NCBI GenBank assembly: GCA_963749915.1
Contig: CAVVOP010000022.1
Location: forward strand, 192,001-256,000
Direction: 5' to 3'
Length of the DNA stretch: 64,000 bases
Origin: an uncultured cyanobacterium
GTDB taxonomy: Bacteria > Cyanobacteriota > Cyanobacteriia > Cyanobacteriales > Cyanobacteriaceae
Below are positions 22,793 through 33,791 of this stretch, piece by piece. The position numbers and the translations under genes were made by a program. The stretch's first letter is position 1. The number at the start of each line of letters is the position of its first letter. The notes below the pieces were generated by a model. The model saw nothing but the letters and a program-made list of their open reading frames with translations. It had not been told where the DNA came from and ran no database searches.

Positions 22793-25312
22793 TTAAAAAG
22801 ATAACTTCTGTTGAGAAACGGATTTAATGAAATTGGTAGCATCTTCTGCGGGTAAGGGATGACTGAAAAAATTTCCCTGCATCATCTCACACTGTAACTG
22901 TCTCAATAACTGTAATTGTTCAAGGGTTTCAATCCCCTCGGCAACTACTTGTAAATTAAAGCCTTTGCCCAAGGTAATAACAGCTGAAATAATAGCGATA
23001 TCTTCAGACTCATTTTTAAGTTCTTTGACAAAACTTTGATCTATTTTGATTTTATTAAAAGGAAACTTTTTCAGATATCCTAAAGAAGAATAACCGGAAC
23101 CAAAATCATCCATAGAAATAGAAATTCCTAAATCCGTTAATTGATTAAGAATAACTTGTGTCAAGTCGGGATGCTCGATGATAGTGCTTTCGGTTATTTC
23201 TAATTCCAAATATTTTGGATCTAATTCTGTCTGTTTTAAGATCTCCCCGAAATGGGAGACTAAATTTCGTTCTTGTAACTGTTTGGGAGATAAATTAACG
23301 GCTACTTTGAAAGGTGCTAAACCTAAATTTTGCCATCTCTTGTTTTGTTGACAAGCGGTAAATAACACCCATTCTCCGATGGATTTAATTAAGCCCGTTT
23401 GTTCAGCTATAGGGATAAACTGCACAGGTGGCACTATCCCTAAAACGGGGTGTTGCCAACGAATTAAGGCTTCCATTCCCGTAATTTTTCCCGTTTTAAC
23501 ATTAATTTGTGGTTGATAATGTAATTCGAATTGATTGTGTTCGATGGCTTCATATAAGTATCCTTCCATACGCAGTAATTCACTTTTTTTCTGATTCATG
23601 GAAGAATTATAATATTGATAATTATTACCTCCTTGATCTTTCATTCGATATAAGGCAGTATCAGCATTTTTTAGTAAAGTATCTAAGTTGTCTCCGTCTT
23701 GAGGATAAATGGCAATACCTATACTTAAATAGGCATATAGTTCATATTCCATCACTTGAAAGGGTTTTTTCAGGGAGTCTAAAATTCTCTGGGCGACGAG
23801 GGAGGCATCTTCACAGTGTTTGATTTCTGATAACAAAATCGTAAATTCATCCCCCCCCCAACGTGCCATTAAATCGGCATTTCGTAGAACTTCTTGTATT
23901 CTGTGTGCTACTGCTTGCAAAAACTTATCTCCGATACAATGTCCTAATGTATCGTTAATGTTCTTAAATCTATCTAAATCTATAAACATAATACCAAATT
24001 GATGCTTATATCTTTGAGCACGGGCGATCGCCTTGTCTAATTGTTCATTAAATAGATTACGATTCCCTAATTCTGTTAATAAATCATGACAGGCTTGATA
24101 ACGTAACTTCTCCTCCGTCAATTTTCTTTTTGTAATATTGCGTACTGCATAACAAATAAATTCTTTGGCACCATAATAGATAGTGCTAATATTAACCTCT
24201 ACATCAATGAGTGATCCGTTCTGATGAAGGTGGATAGATTCTTTAATTAAATTGAGGCGATCTTTTTGCACCCTTCTGATGATACTATCGACAATATCAG
24301 GATCTGCCGCCACTAAATCATATAATTTCAGAAGGGTAATTTCTTGACTAGAATGGCCTGTTAAACTGCAATAGGCCTGATTAGCTTCCATAACTTGTTT
24401 AGAAATAGGATCAACTAAAAGAATTCCTTCTGAGATTTGTCTGACAACGGCACGATATTTTTCCTCATTTTCCCTTAAGGCTTTTTCAAAACTATCTCGC
24501 TGACTAAAGGAAAAAATATAACTTTTAATGTGAGTCTTATCTTTAATAAAATGAGCGTATTGGGTAAAATGGTTATCTTTATATTTTATTTCTCTGATAC
24601 AAAAATCTTTGCCGGTACCTTGTAAATCCTTCCAGAGATTATTGATAAAAGGGTTAGATGGAAAATCATGATAAAAATCAGGAAATTTATCCATTAAAGA
24701 ACTATTCGTATAATCAATTTTTCCCTCTAAATCAGTGGTGAGAATAGGACAATCTAGTATGGCGTCTTGATTGTGTAAAATAAAGAGTATTTCTTGAATA
24801 AAAAAGTTTTCTTGTTCTTCTTTTGTTTTTAACGTAATCTTTGATTGAAAATCTTCAGATTCTGGATACTTTATATATTTTGTATTGTAATTGTTGCTGT
24901 ATCCAGTTTTCTTTCTTATATTTGGTTCAGCAACTGTGCTTTCTTTATAATTATCAGAGTAACAAATAGAATAGATAAATTCAACTTCATTCCCTCCGAT
25001 GGTAATTATATCTCCCGATTTTAATTCGTGGGATAGAAACTTATCACCATTGATAAATAAACCATTGGCACTACGATTTCCCTTTAAGTCCCCATCGATA
25101 ATCCAAAATAATTCTTGTTGATTTTCCTCTTTATATTTAACAGGTAATATTGAGCAATGATAACGAGAGATAGTGGGATGATAGATAACGATATTATTGC
25201 TAGAATGACGACCTATAGAATAAACTTCATTATTTAAAACGATATTTTGTTCGACATGAGCATATTTGATTTTTAATAGGTGTTTAACTTCTACCTCATA
25301 ATTCATCCTCAA
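22793..25312 (-). CDS. FHA-PAS-GGDEF-EAL signalling protein
   Basis: FHA (SIGRH..ISRYH..SANG), PAS, RNAD..GGDEF, MEALIRW and DDFGSGYSSL. Confidence 0.92.
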   Translation of the reverse strand: MRMNYEVEVKHLLKIKYAHVEQNIVLNNEVYSIGRHSSNNIVIYHPTISRYHCSILPVKYKEENQQELFWIIDGDLKGNRSANGLFINGDKFLSHELKSGDIITIGGNEVEFIYSICYSDNYKESTVAEPNIRKKTGYSNNYNTKYIKYPESEDFQSKITLKTKEEQENFFIQEILFILHNQDAILDCPILTTDLEGKIDYTNSSLMDKFPDFYHDFPSNPFINNLWKDLQGTGKDFCIREIKYKDNHFTQYAHFIKDKTHIKSYIFSFSQRDSFEKALRENEEKYRAVVRQISEGILLVDPISKQVMEANQAYCSLTGHSSQEITLLKLYDLVAADPDIVDSIIRRVQKDRLNLIKESIHLHQNGSLIDVEVNISTIYYGAKEFICYAVRNITKRKLTEEKLRYQACHDLLTELGNRNLFNEQLDKAIARAQRYKHQFGIMFIDLDRFKNINDTLGHCIGDKFLQAVAHRIQEVLRNADLMARWGGDEFTILLSEIKHCEDASLVAQRILDSLKKPFQVMEYELYAYLSIGIAIYPQDGDNLDTLLKNADTALYRMKDQGGNNYQYYNSSMNQKKSELLRMEGYLYEAIEHNQFELHYQPQINVKTGKITGMEALIRWQHPVLGIVPPVQFIPIAEQTGLIKSIGEWVLFTACQQNKRWQNLGLAPFKVAVNLSPKQLQERNLVSHFGEILKQTELDPKYLELEITESTIIEHPDLTQVILNQLTDLGISISMDDFGSGYSSLGYLKKFPFNKIKIDQSFVKELKNESEDIAIISAVITLGKGFNLQVVAEGIETLEQLQLLRQLQCEMMQGNFFSHPLPAEDATNFIKSVSQQKLSF

Positions 25313-25418
25313 TGACCCCTCGAATAAACTTAAACTTTAAGTCAAGATATATTTATTGATTTATATCAATTCATATCAATATCATACAACTCTTTTTCTC
25401 AGGTATTCAGAATTGTAA

Positions 25419-26639
25419 CTAGCAATTTATCAGACTGAAACTAGACCCAGATAAATCAGAAAAACCTCGTAAAGAAAACTGAGTTTGTGTTGAGGAGAGA
25501 TTTTTACTTTGCAACAAAACACCGAAATTACCTAGGCCTTCGGGATTAATTAAACTATGTAATTCCTGTCGCCGTTGCAATATTTCCGTTAAGGATATTT
25601 TCCCATTGGCGGCTAATTTATCTAAGCGATCGCCTAATCCTAAACTAATTAAAAATAAGGCTTGTTTTGTGTATCTTAGAATACTTAAACCGAAAAATTC
25701 TCCATATTTTTCCAAAGCGGTAAAATTAACATGAGAAGTAATATCCTGAGCACCAATATTAACATAAAGGTTATCATGGTGACGATGTTGATAATAACAT
25801 TTTAATGTACCTTGACTGCGTTGAGGGTGATAATATTTTTTGGCGTTATAACCATAGTCAATGGTCAATAAATAACCTTGTTTTAATTTACTAGACACTT
25901 GCCGAAGCCAATCAATAACGTCTAAATTTACTTCCGTTTGATAATTGTCAGGGTAAATATCTGCTGAAAAATTAACGCCTATTACCTCAAAATAACTGTT
26001 AATGTCTTGACAGGAGAGAGAATCATATTTTGTCAGCAATTTATTCCCATTTTTCGTGAGATAAATTTCCTCTAATTTTTGTCGGGAATACCTAATTAAA
26101 TGAACGGGCATGGCATCGATTAATTCATTACTAAAAAAACAACCAATAATCGAATTATCAGGAATCGAATCCCAATCCTGCCATTTTATCCGAATAGTAC
26201 TAGCAAAATTATCTAATAATAGCTGTTGTTGTTTAAGTTTTAGTGTCTGAGATTTTTCGATAATAATGTATTCAATATTAAGAGCAAAATTGGGATAATT
26301 ATTCAAAATATAATTAATAATTGTCAAGGCTAAATTACCATTTCCTGCACCTATTTCTAGCAATTTAAAGTTAGATGGTTTACCTAAAACTTGCCAAAAT
26401 TCTTCAAATTGAATAGCTAATAATTCACCAAAGTCTGAGGATAAACAAGGGGATGTAAAAAAATCACCCTGATTGCCTATAATAATTTTATTTGAGTTAT
26501 AATAACCATGATCCGGATCATATAAACACAAATTCATATATTCAGCAAAAGTTATTTTTTGATCAGGAGAATTATTAATAGTTTTAAATATTTTCTCTAA
26601 TAATGGGTTATAGTTATCAACTATATTTTTTTTAACCAT
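25419..26639 (-). CDS. SAM-dependent methyltransferase, MidA/NDUFAF7 family
   Basis: TFAEYM..CLY..GYY, GDFFTS, EIGAGNG, SNELIDA and DITSHVNF motifs. Confidence 0.9.
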   Translation of the reverse strand: MVKKNIVDNYNPLLEKIFKTINNSPDQKITFAEYMNLCLYDPDHGYYNSNKIIIGNQGDFFTSPCLSSDFGELLAIQFEEFWQVLGKPSNFKLLEIGAGNGNLALTIINYILNNYPNFALNIEYIIIEKSQTLKLKQQQLLLDNFASTIRIKWQDWDSIPDNSIIGCFFSNELIDAMPVHLIRYSRQKLEEIYLTKNGNKLLTKYDSLSCQDINSYFEVIGVNFSADIYPDNYQTEVNLDVIDWLRQVSSKLKQGYLLTIDYGYNAKKYYHPQRSQGTLKCYYQHRHHDNLYVNIGAQDITSHVNFTALEKYGEFFGLSILRYTKQALFLISLGLGDRLDKLAANGKISLTEILQRRQELHSLINPEGLGNFGVLLQSKNLSSTQTQFSLRGFSDLSGSSFSLINC

Positions 26640-26712
26640 TTTTAGTTATATGCATTTACTTAATTTATTTGTATTAAGGTGGGGAATGGTAAAAGTCCCA
26701 ATTGTTCGCTGG

Positions 26713-27297
26713 TTAAACTTCATCAGCAAAACTATTTATTCTCTTAAAATTAAAAGGTCCTGCAACTGAACCCCATAATAATTCATCAGTAAAAGGATCT
26801 CGTCCTCTGTCAAAACTTACTAATTTTTCTTTGCTAATTTCAAAACTATTATCTAAATAAGATTCCTTCCCTTTTCTGACAACAATACAGGCTTTTCCTG
26901 GTTTAATAGAACCTTTAAAATGATTATCATGCCACCTAGCTATCATATCACAACCGTTCATTTTTTCGAGATGATCGATGGTTAATTGTTTAAGTTTTTC
27001 AAGATTTCTGGAAGCACCATAAAATGCTGTTTCCTCTTTTAGTTTGTAATGTTCTAATTCTAGATGATCATCAACTATGAGAATTTTAAATACTCTTAAA
27101 CGATAGGGTTGATTGAGTAAAAAATCGTAGGCTTGTTCTAAAAATAAAGTTGTACCACCTAATAAAGATTCTGGTAAAGGGCGCATACAAACTCGAATAT
27201 GGGCAAAAAAAGGTGGGTTTTCAAATGCTTGTTCTTGGTTGCTAAAATCTGCCGCCATTAATCTTGCTAAGGCTTTTACATCTGTAGAATGGGTCAT
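26713..27297 (-). CDS. cpcT: Phycobiliprotein chromophore lyase CpcT/CpeT
   Basis: MTHSTD..ADFSNQEQAFENPPFFAHIRVCMRP. Confidence 0.92.
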   Translation of the reverse strand: MTHSTDVKALARLMAADFSNQEQAFENPPFFAHIRVCMRPLPESLLGGTTLFLEQAYDFLLNQPYRLRVFKILIVDDHLELEHYKLKEETAFYGASRNLEKLKQLTIDHLEKMNGCDMIARWHDNHFKGSIKPGKACIVVRKGKESYLDNSFEISKEKLVSFDRGRDPFTDELLWGSVAGPFNFKRINSFADEV

Positions 27298-27959
27298 TTT
27301 AAATACGATTTATTATCAATTTTTTTCAATGCTAGTTTAACACGACTTCGGATGGCAATTTCGGCATCTTCACCCATGATTTGTGCTAATTTTTTCTCAA
27401 TTTTATTCGTTAAGTTATTATTACTAAAATCAATGGCTTGATATAAATTTTCTAAAGAAACCACAGAGGCATAACGCACCACCCATTCACCATCATTGAT
27501 GGTAATAAAAAGATTGTCTAAAATTTGAGTTTGAGTAGAAATAATTTTATCTGGGGGTAATTGATGCCATTGCAAACTACCTAAACCTTTTGTCGCCGCA
27601 CGTCTAACACTTAAGGAAAAATCATTAACAGCGGCCTTTATCAGTAAATCTAAAGTGCGAATATCCCCAATTCCAGCAAATACTCTAACTGCCCAAGCTC
27701 TTGCACCATAATTGTATTGATCTAAACTATGCAATAAGGGCTCAATAACAGATGTTCCTAAAGCGATTAAACCTTCCGTAGCGGCAACGGCGGCACCCGG
27801 ATTGTTATAACCTAATACTTGGATTAAAGTCGGTATAGCTTCAGTTGATTCACTTTCAGCTAATTTGCTGACGGCTTGAAATAATTCAGGTGCGGAGTCA
27901 GCTTTTTCTACGGCAGAAATGAGTTGATTTACAGGTTGAATAGTCCTTTCTGTATTCAT
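27294..27959 (-). CDS. cpcF: Phycocyanin alpha-subunit lyase CpcF (HEAT repeats)
   Basis: LGYNNPGAAVAA, YNYGARAWA and DFSLSVRRAA motifs. The ATG at 27959 avoids overlap with the upstream gene. Confidence 0.88.
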   Translation of the reverse strand: MNTERTIQPVNQLISAVEKADSAPELFQAVSKLAESESTEAIPTLIQVLGYNNPGAAVAATEGLIALGTSVIEPLLHSLDQYNYGARAWAVRVFAGIGDIRTLDLLIKAAVNDFSLSVRRAATKGLGSLQWHQLPPDKIISTQTQILDNLFITINDGEWVVRYASVVSLENLYQAIDFSNNNLTNKIEKKLAQIMGEDAEIAIRSRVKLALKKIDNKSYLK

Positions 27960-28042
27960 AATATCTGTATTGCAATAATAAGTTAGAACTTGTAATATTG
28001 TGGAGGAATGATAACCTTTGCATCTTTTACACCGAGACAAAA

Positions 28043-28327
28043 CTAAAAGTTTAATAATTGCAAAAATTCTGATGCTGTCAATCCACATTGAATATAATTG
28101 GGACGAATAGGGTTATAAGGGCTAACTAGGCGATCGATGGTAATAATCTGGGCAGTAGGTGATAACATGGGTAAATCCGGATCAAATTCCGTAGCACCGC
28201 TTAAATTACTAGAAAAACCTTTAAAAATCATAATCTCGACTTCTTCCTCATTATCTCTGGCTTTAACAATTAAAACCTCTTGAGGATGTAGTTGACTATA
28301 AGTTTCTAGTTGTTTAATAGTAATCAT
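28043..28327 (-). CDS. Conserved cyanobacterial hypothetical protein
   Basis: LETYS..HPQEVL, IFKGFSS.L and IDRL..PYNP pattern. Confidence 0.75.
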   Translation of the reverse strand: MITIKQLETYSQLHPQEVLIVKARDNEEEVEIMIFKGFSSNLSGATEFDPDLPMLSPTAQIITIDRLVSPYNPIRPNYIQCGLTASEFLQLLNF

Positions 28328-28402
28328 TACAATAAGTTAAAACTCACAAAAATTAATTAAATAACTCTAGTGTAGTATTTTACTCTTCTGACCTCAAGGG
28401 TG

Positions 28403-28996
28403 TTACTGTTGCAAGGCAATTCTACCTTGTTTGATTAGTCGAAAGGCTAAAAAATAGAAGAAGTAAATACAATAAATGATCAACCCTGTCATGGCTAAAA
28501 AGCCTAAAAATCCTGTGGTTGCATTGGGATGAAACCAACTTTTGAAATGCCAAGGTGCTTCTAACCACACTCTACAAACAATTTCGACACTGGCATCGGG
28601 GGAGAATGTACAAGGCAAGAAAGGAATAAAAGCCATCGCACTAATAATACCATAAAAAGTAATTGCCCAACGCCATGTAGTAACACTCAATCTTAGAGGA
28701 CTTTTCGGCAAGTCTCTGATTTCGTCGTTAATATCAACCCAAAACCATAAACTAATGACGACAAAAATATGAGCCAAAAACCATACTAAATATCCCACTT
28801 GCCAAACGGGAATAAATAGATAAATAGCAATGGCCATTAAACTAGCGACACGCCAAAAAATAACCAATAAACGCTGAATGGAGGGAATTTGGGCTAATAA
28901 CCCCCAAATAGAAAGAATTAAGGGCAAAATTAAACATAATAAAACAAATAGCTTATAGTTAGTCCAGACTAATGATTTTAGTAACGTTTCTTCCAT
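28403..28996 (-). CDS. DUF3177 family membrane protein
   Basis: LVWT.YKL, WRVASL, SLWFWVDINDEI and C-terminal KQGR. Confidence 0.82.
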   Translation of the reverse strand: MEETLLKSLVWTNYKLFVLLCLILPLILSIWGLLAQIPSIQRLLVIFWRVASLMAIAIYLFIPVWQVGYLVWFLAHIFVVISLWFWVDINDEIRDLPKSPLRLSVTTWRWAITFYGIISAMAFIPFLPCTFSPDASVEIVCRVWLEAPWHFKSWFHPNATTGFLGFLAMTGLIIYCIYFFYFLAFRLIKQGRIALQQ

Positions 28997-29065
28997 AAAA
29001 AATAATTAGATACTTAAACAAACTTAATTGTATCTCTTCTGGTCAAATTGCCGGTAGAAACACAT

Positions 29066-29090
29066 AAAAAGAGGTGGGAAAACCCCACCT
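29066..29090 (-). terminator. Intrinsic terminator after cp12
   Basis: AGGTGGG/CCCACCT stem followed by a T-tract on the minus strand. Confidence 0.7.
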
Positions 29091-29121
29091 ACTGAATTTA
29101 CATCATGAAGATATTCAGAAA

Positions 29122-29346
29122 TTAGTCTTCGTAAAGACGACATTCAGCCGCATCGGGGTTATCATCACAATATTGCTCTAAAGATGTTTTATGAGGTTCA
29201 TTGTCTTTTCGATGAGAGGCTTCGGCTTGTAATTCTTCTACTGCATCCCAGGCGGCAGCACATTCGGGAGAGGTTTTCCCGCTAATATCACAAACTTCCC
29301 TAGCTTGTTTTAGTTCTTCTTGAATTTTTTCTTGTATATTGCTCAT
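29122..29346 (-). CDS. cp12: Calvin cycle regulatory protein CP12
   Basis: C..CAAAWDAVEEL and YCDDNPDAAECRLYED; both Cys pairs present. Confidence 0.96.
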   Translation of the reverse strand: MSNIQEKIQEELKQAREVCDISGKTSPECAAAWDAVEELQAEASHRKDNEPHKTSLEQYCDDNPDAAECRLYED

Positions 29347-29569
29347 AATTTCGAGATTCCTTTGAATATTTTTTGGTCCTCTTATAGCTTATAACAGAAT
29401 TTCACTATTTGTTGTCGTGATAGATGCCATTGCTATGGGGAAAATTATATCTTAATCTCAGTGAAATATGATAATTTTTCGTTAGGATCACATATAATTG
29501 ACGGAATACATGAAACAGCAAAGAGAATAACTTTGTAGATTTGTCTGTAGAATTATAAACTGTTAAATC

Positions 29570-30622
29570 ATGAGTAGTGAGTTTCGAGAATTATTAAAAA
29601 AAATCGGCAGTGGCACACATACCCATAAAAATTTAAGCCGTCAAGAAGCTAGTTTAGCCTTGGAGATGATGTTGACAGGAATTGCTACTCCCGCCCAAAT
29701 TGGAGCTTTTTTAATGGCCCATCGCATTAAACGCCCCACAGGGGAAGAATTGGCGGGAATGTTAGACACTTATACTAAGTTGAGCACAACTTTACCTGTT
29801 ATTAATAACTCTCAGTATCCCCTCACGATTCTCGGTATTCCTTACGATGGTAGAACAAGAAGTACTCCTATTTCCCCTATTACCACTTTAATTTTATCGA
29901 TGATGGGTGTTCCCGTGTTAATGCACGGCGGCACAAAAATGCCCACAAAATATGGCTTAACTTTGGCGGAAATTTGGGCAGGTTTAGGCATAAATGTGAC
30001 AAATTCATCATTAATTGGGGTAGAAAATCTCTTAAACAAGAGTAACTTTGGTTTTCTTTATTTACCGCAACATTTCCCCCTTGCTAATAAATTAGTACAA
30101 TATCGGGAAGAAATCGGCAAACGTCCTCCCATTGCCACTTTAGAGTTAATTTGGCAACCCTATGAAGGTAAAAGTCACCTCATGGCTGGTTATGTGCATC
30201 CTCCCACCGAAAAGATAATTAGAGAGGCTTTGAATTTAAGAGGAGTTGAAAAATTTACTTTAATTAAGGGTTTAGAAGGTAGTGGAGATTTAAAATTAGG
30301 GCAAACTAATATTATCGTTATTGACAGTGAAGAAAATGAACAAGGATACCAATACCTCAAAGTAAACCCCTACCATTATGAGTTAAAAGGCGATGATCCT
30401 GTGTTGTCTAATTATCAAGAATATTTTGCACAATTAGCCAAAACTATTAGGGGAGAAAAATCAACTTTAACTATTAGTAGTATTTTGAACGGTGGTTTTT
30501 ATCTTTGGCGCTGTGGCGTTACGGATTCTATGGAAAAAGGTTTAACTATCGCTGAAAACTTGATTATTCACGGCAAATTACAGAATCAGTTGGATAATAT
30601 TAAAAGTGTAAATAATTGTTAA
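29570..30622 (+). CDS. Anthranilate phosphoribosyltransferase family protein (YbiB-like)
   Basis: ATPAQIGAFL.AHRIKRP, PYDGR and GYVHPP motifs. Confidence 0.82.
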   Translation: MSSEFRELLKKIGSGTHTHKNLSRQEASLALEMMLTGIATPAQIGAFLMAHRIKRPTGEELAGMLDTYTKLSTTLPVINNSQYPLTILGIPYDGRTRSTPISPITTLILSMMGVPVLMHGGTKMPTKYGLTLAEIWAGLGINVTNSSLIGVENLLNKSNFGFLYLPQHFPLANKLVQYREEIGKRPPIATLELIWQPYEGKSHLMAGYVHPPTEKIIREALNLRGVEKFTLIKGLEGSGDLKLGQTNIIVIDSEENEQGYQYLKVNPYHYELKGDDPVLSNYQEYFAQLAKTIRGEKSTLTISSILNGGFYLWRCGVTDSMEKGLTIAENLIIHGKLQNQLDNIKSVNNC

Positions 30623-30626
30623 TTAT

Positions 30627-31556
30627 TTAACTTACTTTTAGACACATATTAAAAGAACAATAATTAAGGTTATTATTAAGTTCAGAGTTGATTATTCGGT
30701 GTAAAGTTTCTGGTAAAACAGTGCGATCTAAAAAAGAATTATTAAGGTTAGTATGAGCTAAATTTGCACCACTCAAATTGGCTTGGGATAAGTTTGTGTC
30801 ATCTAAAATTGCCCCTGTTAAGTTTGCCATTTCTAAATCTGCATTCTGTAAATTTGCACCTCTTAAATCTGCACCCTGTAAATTAACTCGACATAAACGT
30901 GCTTCTCGGAAATTCGCGTCCTGTAAATTCGCGTCCTGTAAATTTGCACCGCTCAACCTTGCACCATAAAAGTTAGCTTCGACTAAGCAACTATTAGTTA
31001 AATTAACGTCCTTCATGAAGGATCGAGTAAAGTTGGCCTGATATGCAGAACATTCTCTCATATTCGCACCACTTAATCTTGCTTCCTGAAAAATACTCCA
31101 ATTTAAGTTACTTTTTACCATATTTGCACCTCCTAAGTTAATACGATAAAGAGATGCACCACATAAATTTACTTCCGTTAAATCACCCTTCGCTAAATTA
31201 GCATGACTGAGATTTGCACCGCTTAATTGACTGTGGACAAATTGCGATCGCACCATAAAAGCACCAGTCAAATTAGCTTTGGTCAAGTCTGCCCAGTTGA
31301 AAATAGCTTCACTTAACTTAGCATAGGTGAAATCTGACCAATTAAGTTGAGTTTGGGTAAAATTAGATTTAGTCAAAAAAGCACGATTAAAGTTAACCCC
31401 AATTAATTTTGAGCCTTCTAAATTTAATGCAACTAAAACCGATTGTGCTAAATCTGCACTTTGTAGCTTAATTTCTTGAAATTCACGAATACCTTGTTCA
31501 TATTGACGCAAAAACTGGGACACTTTCATCTTTTTTACCTCTGTTGACCTCATCAA
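30627..31556 (-). CDS. Pentapeptide repeat protein
   Basis: Long A(N/D)L-x-x periodicity and YEQGIREF N-cap. Confidence 0.92.
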   Translation of the reverse strand: MMRSTEVKKMKVSQFLRQYEQGIREFQEIKLQSADLAQSVLVALNLEGSKLIGVNFNRAFLTKSNFTQTQLNWSDFTYAKLSEAIFNWADLTKANLTGAFMVRSQFVHSQLSGANLSHANLAKGDLTEVNLCGASLYRINLGGANMVKSNLNWSIFQEARLSGANMRECSAYQANFTRSFMKDVNLTNSCLVEANFYGARLSGANLQDANLQDANFREARLCRVNLQGADLRGANLQNADLEMANLTGAILDDTNLSQANLSGANLAHTNLNNSFLDRTVLPETLHRIINSELNNNLNYCSFNMCLKVS

Positions 31557-31868
31557 TATTTACAACAACATCATTTCAGTTTCTGTAAGAAAAAATACGA
31601 ATTAACTTTTCGTTAACCCAATTCTTTATTTAATTCTAATATCTGATGACTAGAGAAAGAGTAGATACCGTAATTACTCTTAATAAATATTTAATAATCT
31701 TCATTAAACCTCTTATTGCAAGGATCTGGGTATAGCAAGTGGATCCTTCTTTGTCAATTCTCCTCCATCATGGTTTAATGATTTAGCATTGGCAAATAAC
31801 TAATATATAATGTAGGTAACGGAATTTAAAGAAACTTAAAGAAAGTAAATATTATAGACACTGAGGGC

Positions 31869-32024
31869 ATGGAAAGAAAAAAATTAGTGGCGGTAATTAC
31901 GGGGATAATTTCAGTTTTATTAGGAGTTATCTATTTAGTGTTAGTACAGTTACTTGACTCCAGAGGTGCGATGATTCCCGCCCCCGTTACTGACTTATCT
32001 TTCATTTTATATCCTTTCATTTAA
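31869..32024 (+). CDS. Small membrane protein (51 aa; not in the ORF track)
   Basis: MERKKLVAVITGIISVLLGVIYLVLVQLLDSRGAMIPAP...; GAGG upstream; one TM helix. Confidence 0.75.
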   Translation: MERKKLVAVITGIISVLLGVIYLVLVQLLDSRGAMIPAPVTDLSFILYPFI

Positions 32025-32054
32025 ACAATATCGGAATCTATAGTTAATATTTTT

Positions 32055-32477
32055 ATGAAAATTATCCGATTGATGCACGGCAAGTTACATCGAGTTACAG
32101 TTACTTCCGCTAATGTTGATTATATAGGCAGTATATCCATTGATCCTGAATTGATGGAAAAAGTCGGTATTTTACCCTTAGAAGAAGTGGATATAGTCAA
32201 CTTAAATAATGCGAACCGTTGGTCAACTTATGCTATACCCGGAGAAAAAGGTAGTCGAGAAATTTGTCCTAATGGTGGTGCGGCTTTATTATGCCAACCC
32301 GGCGATATATTAATTATCTACGCTTATGAACAATGCGATCGCCAAGATATTATGGTTAATGGTCATAAAGCTAAAGTGTTAGTGGCCGATGAGAATAATA
32401 ATATAGCAGACTTTTTTGAGCAAACTTTAACTACTCATAAGGGTGAAATTCAGTTTAAAGAAAGACTAGAAGACTAG
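32055..32477 (+). CDS. panD: Aspartate 1-decarboxylase
   Basis: [16 protein letters not shown] self-cleavage site and NGGAA. Confidence 0.94.
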   Translation: MKIIRLMHGKLHRVTVTSANVDYIGSISIDPELMEKVGILPLEEVDIVNLNNANRWSTYAIPGEKGSREICPNGGAALLCQPGDILIIYAYEQCDRQDIMVNGHKAKVLVADENNNIADFFEQTLTTHKGEIQFKERLED

Positions 32478-32654
32478 TGGAAGAATGCAGAATTAAGAAT
32501 GTGGAATGTGTAGAATGAAAAACCCTTAATTTTCAAGGCTTACAAGAATTTTAAACTCTCGTTTTATTTCCGCACTCTATTACTAGTGGTCTGTCAAGAT
32601 ATTTTTGAGGGACTGGGAACGGATAATTTTGGATTTTAGAGAATCCTCCTATAA

Positions 32655-33791
32655 ATGGCTATATTTAACTTTAGGTTTAGGGACATAAAAGTTTATACTG
32701 AAATTGAGCAAGGGCGACAATGGCTTAATAAATATGATGGTTGTATCCCTATTTTTACCTGTACTCTCGGCTTTACCGCAACTGCTTTAACACAAAATAT
32801 TTCTACCGCCGGGGCAACTCCCGAATCTCGCCGTTATACTGCTTTAGCTGATGCCGAATTTTTAGTTAATGGTATTCAAAAAAAGCCTACTTTTCCCTTA
32901 CCGCCTTTAACTGTGGGTATTTCTCCCACATTAATTAGTCGTGCCGTGATAGAGAAATTTGATTTGCCTCTCTATGTATTTAATGCGGGTTTATTACAAT
33001 CTCCCTCGGTGAACAATATCGACTTAGGGGGAAAAACTGCAGATTGTGTTTCCACAGGAAAAGCCTTATCTTTAGGAACGGTGCAACATTTATATCAACA
33101 AGGCTTATATTGGGGAGAAATTTTGGCACAACAAGCTAAGTCCAGTTATATCATCTTAAGTGAATGTGTTGTCGGGGGTACAACTACCGCCTTGGCAGTT
33201 TTAACGGCGTTAGGGATTTCGGCGGCAGGAAAAGTTAACAGTAGTCACCCAGTGTGTAATCATCAACAAAAATGGACATTAGTGCAGGAAGGATTAAAAA
33301 ACGCCGGTTTTAATGATCAAAATAACAGACCTGATCCCTTAAGGATTATAGCCGCAGTAGGGGATCCAATGCAAATTGTTGTGGCAGGAATGGCTATGAG
33401 CGCGAGTAAAAATGTAGGGATAATGTTAGCAGGTGGGACACAAATGCTAGCAATTTTCGCTTTAATTAAGGCATTGAAAAAAATATCCTCTACTCAGGCT
33501 AACTTAGAAAATATTATCGTCGGTACAACTCGTTGGGTAGCGGAAGATTTTACGGGTGATACTATTGGTTTGAGTAAAATTATCAGTAACGTTTCCCTGT
33601 GTGCCACAGAGTTAAATTTTACCTCCTCTAGTTATCCTCTTTTACAAGCCTATGAAAAAGGATATGTAAAAGAAGGAGTTGGTGCAGGAGGAAGTGCAAT
33701 TGCATCCCATTTACTCGGCATTGATAAAGAAGAATTATTGCACATGATAGAAACCGTTGTGTCTCGTTTCCTCATTGCTACGGGCGGCTAA
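32655..33791 (+). CDS. cobT: NaMN-dependent phosphoribosyltransferase, CobT-like (cyanobacterial/archaeal type)
   Basis: ECVVGGTTTA, GDPMQ, LAGGTQM and YVKEGVGAGG motifs. Confidence 0.82.
   Translation: MAIFNFRFRDIKVYTEIEQGRQWLNKYDGCIPIFTCTLGFTATALTQNISTAGATPESRRYTALADAEFLVNGIQKKPTFPLPPLTVGISPTLISRAVIEKFDLPLYVFNAGLLQSPSVNNIDLGGKTADCVSTGKALSLGTVQHLYQQGLYWGEILAQQAKSSYIILSECVVGGTTTALAVLTALGISAAGKVNSSHPVCNHQQKWTLVQEGLKNAGFNDQNNRPDPLRIIAAVGDPMQIVVAGMAMSASKNVGIMLAGGTQMLAIFALIKALKKISSTQANLENIIVGTTRWVAEDFTGDTIGLSKIISNVSLCATELNFTSSSYPLLQAYEKGYVKEGVGAGGSAIASHLLGIDKEELLHMIETVVSRFLIATGG

Noticed and set aside
32500..32625. Possible MITE or REP-like end (CTAGTGGTCTGTCAAG) between panD and cobT
   Set aside because: No partner repeat or target duplication is visible, so it cannot be supported from this window alone.
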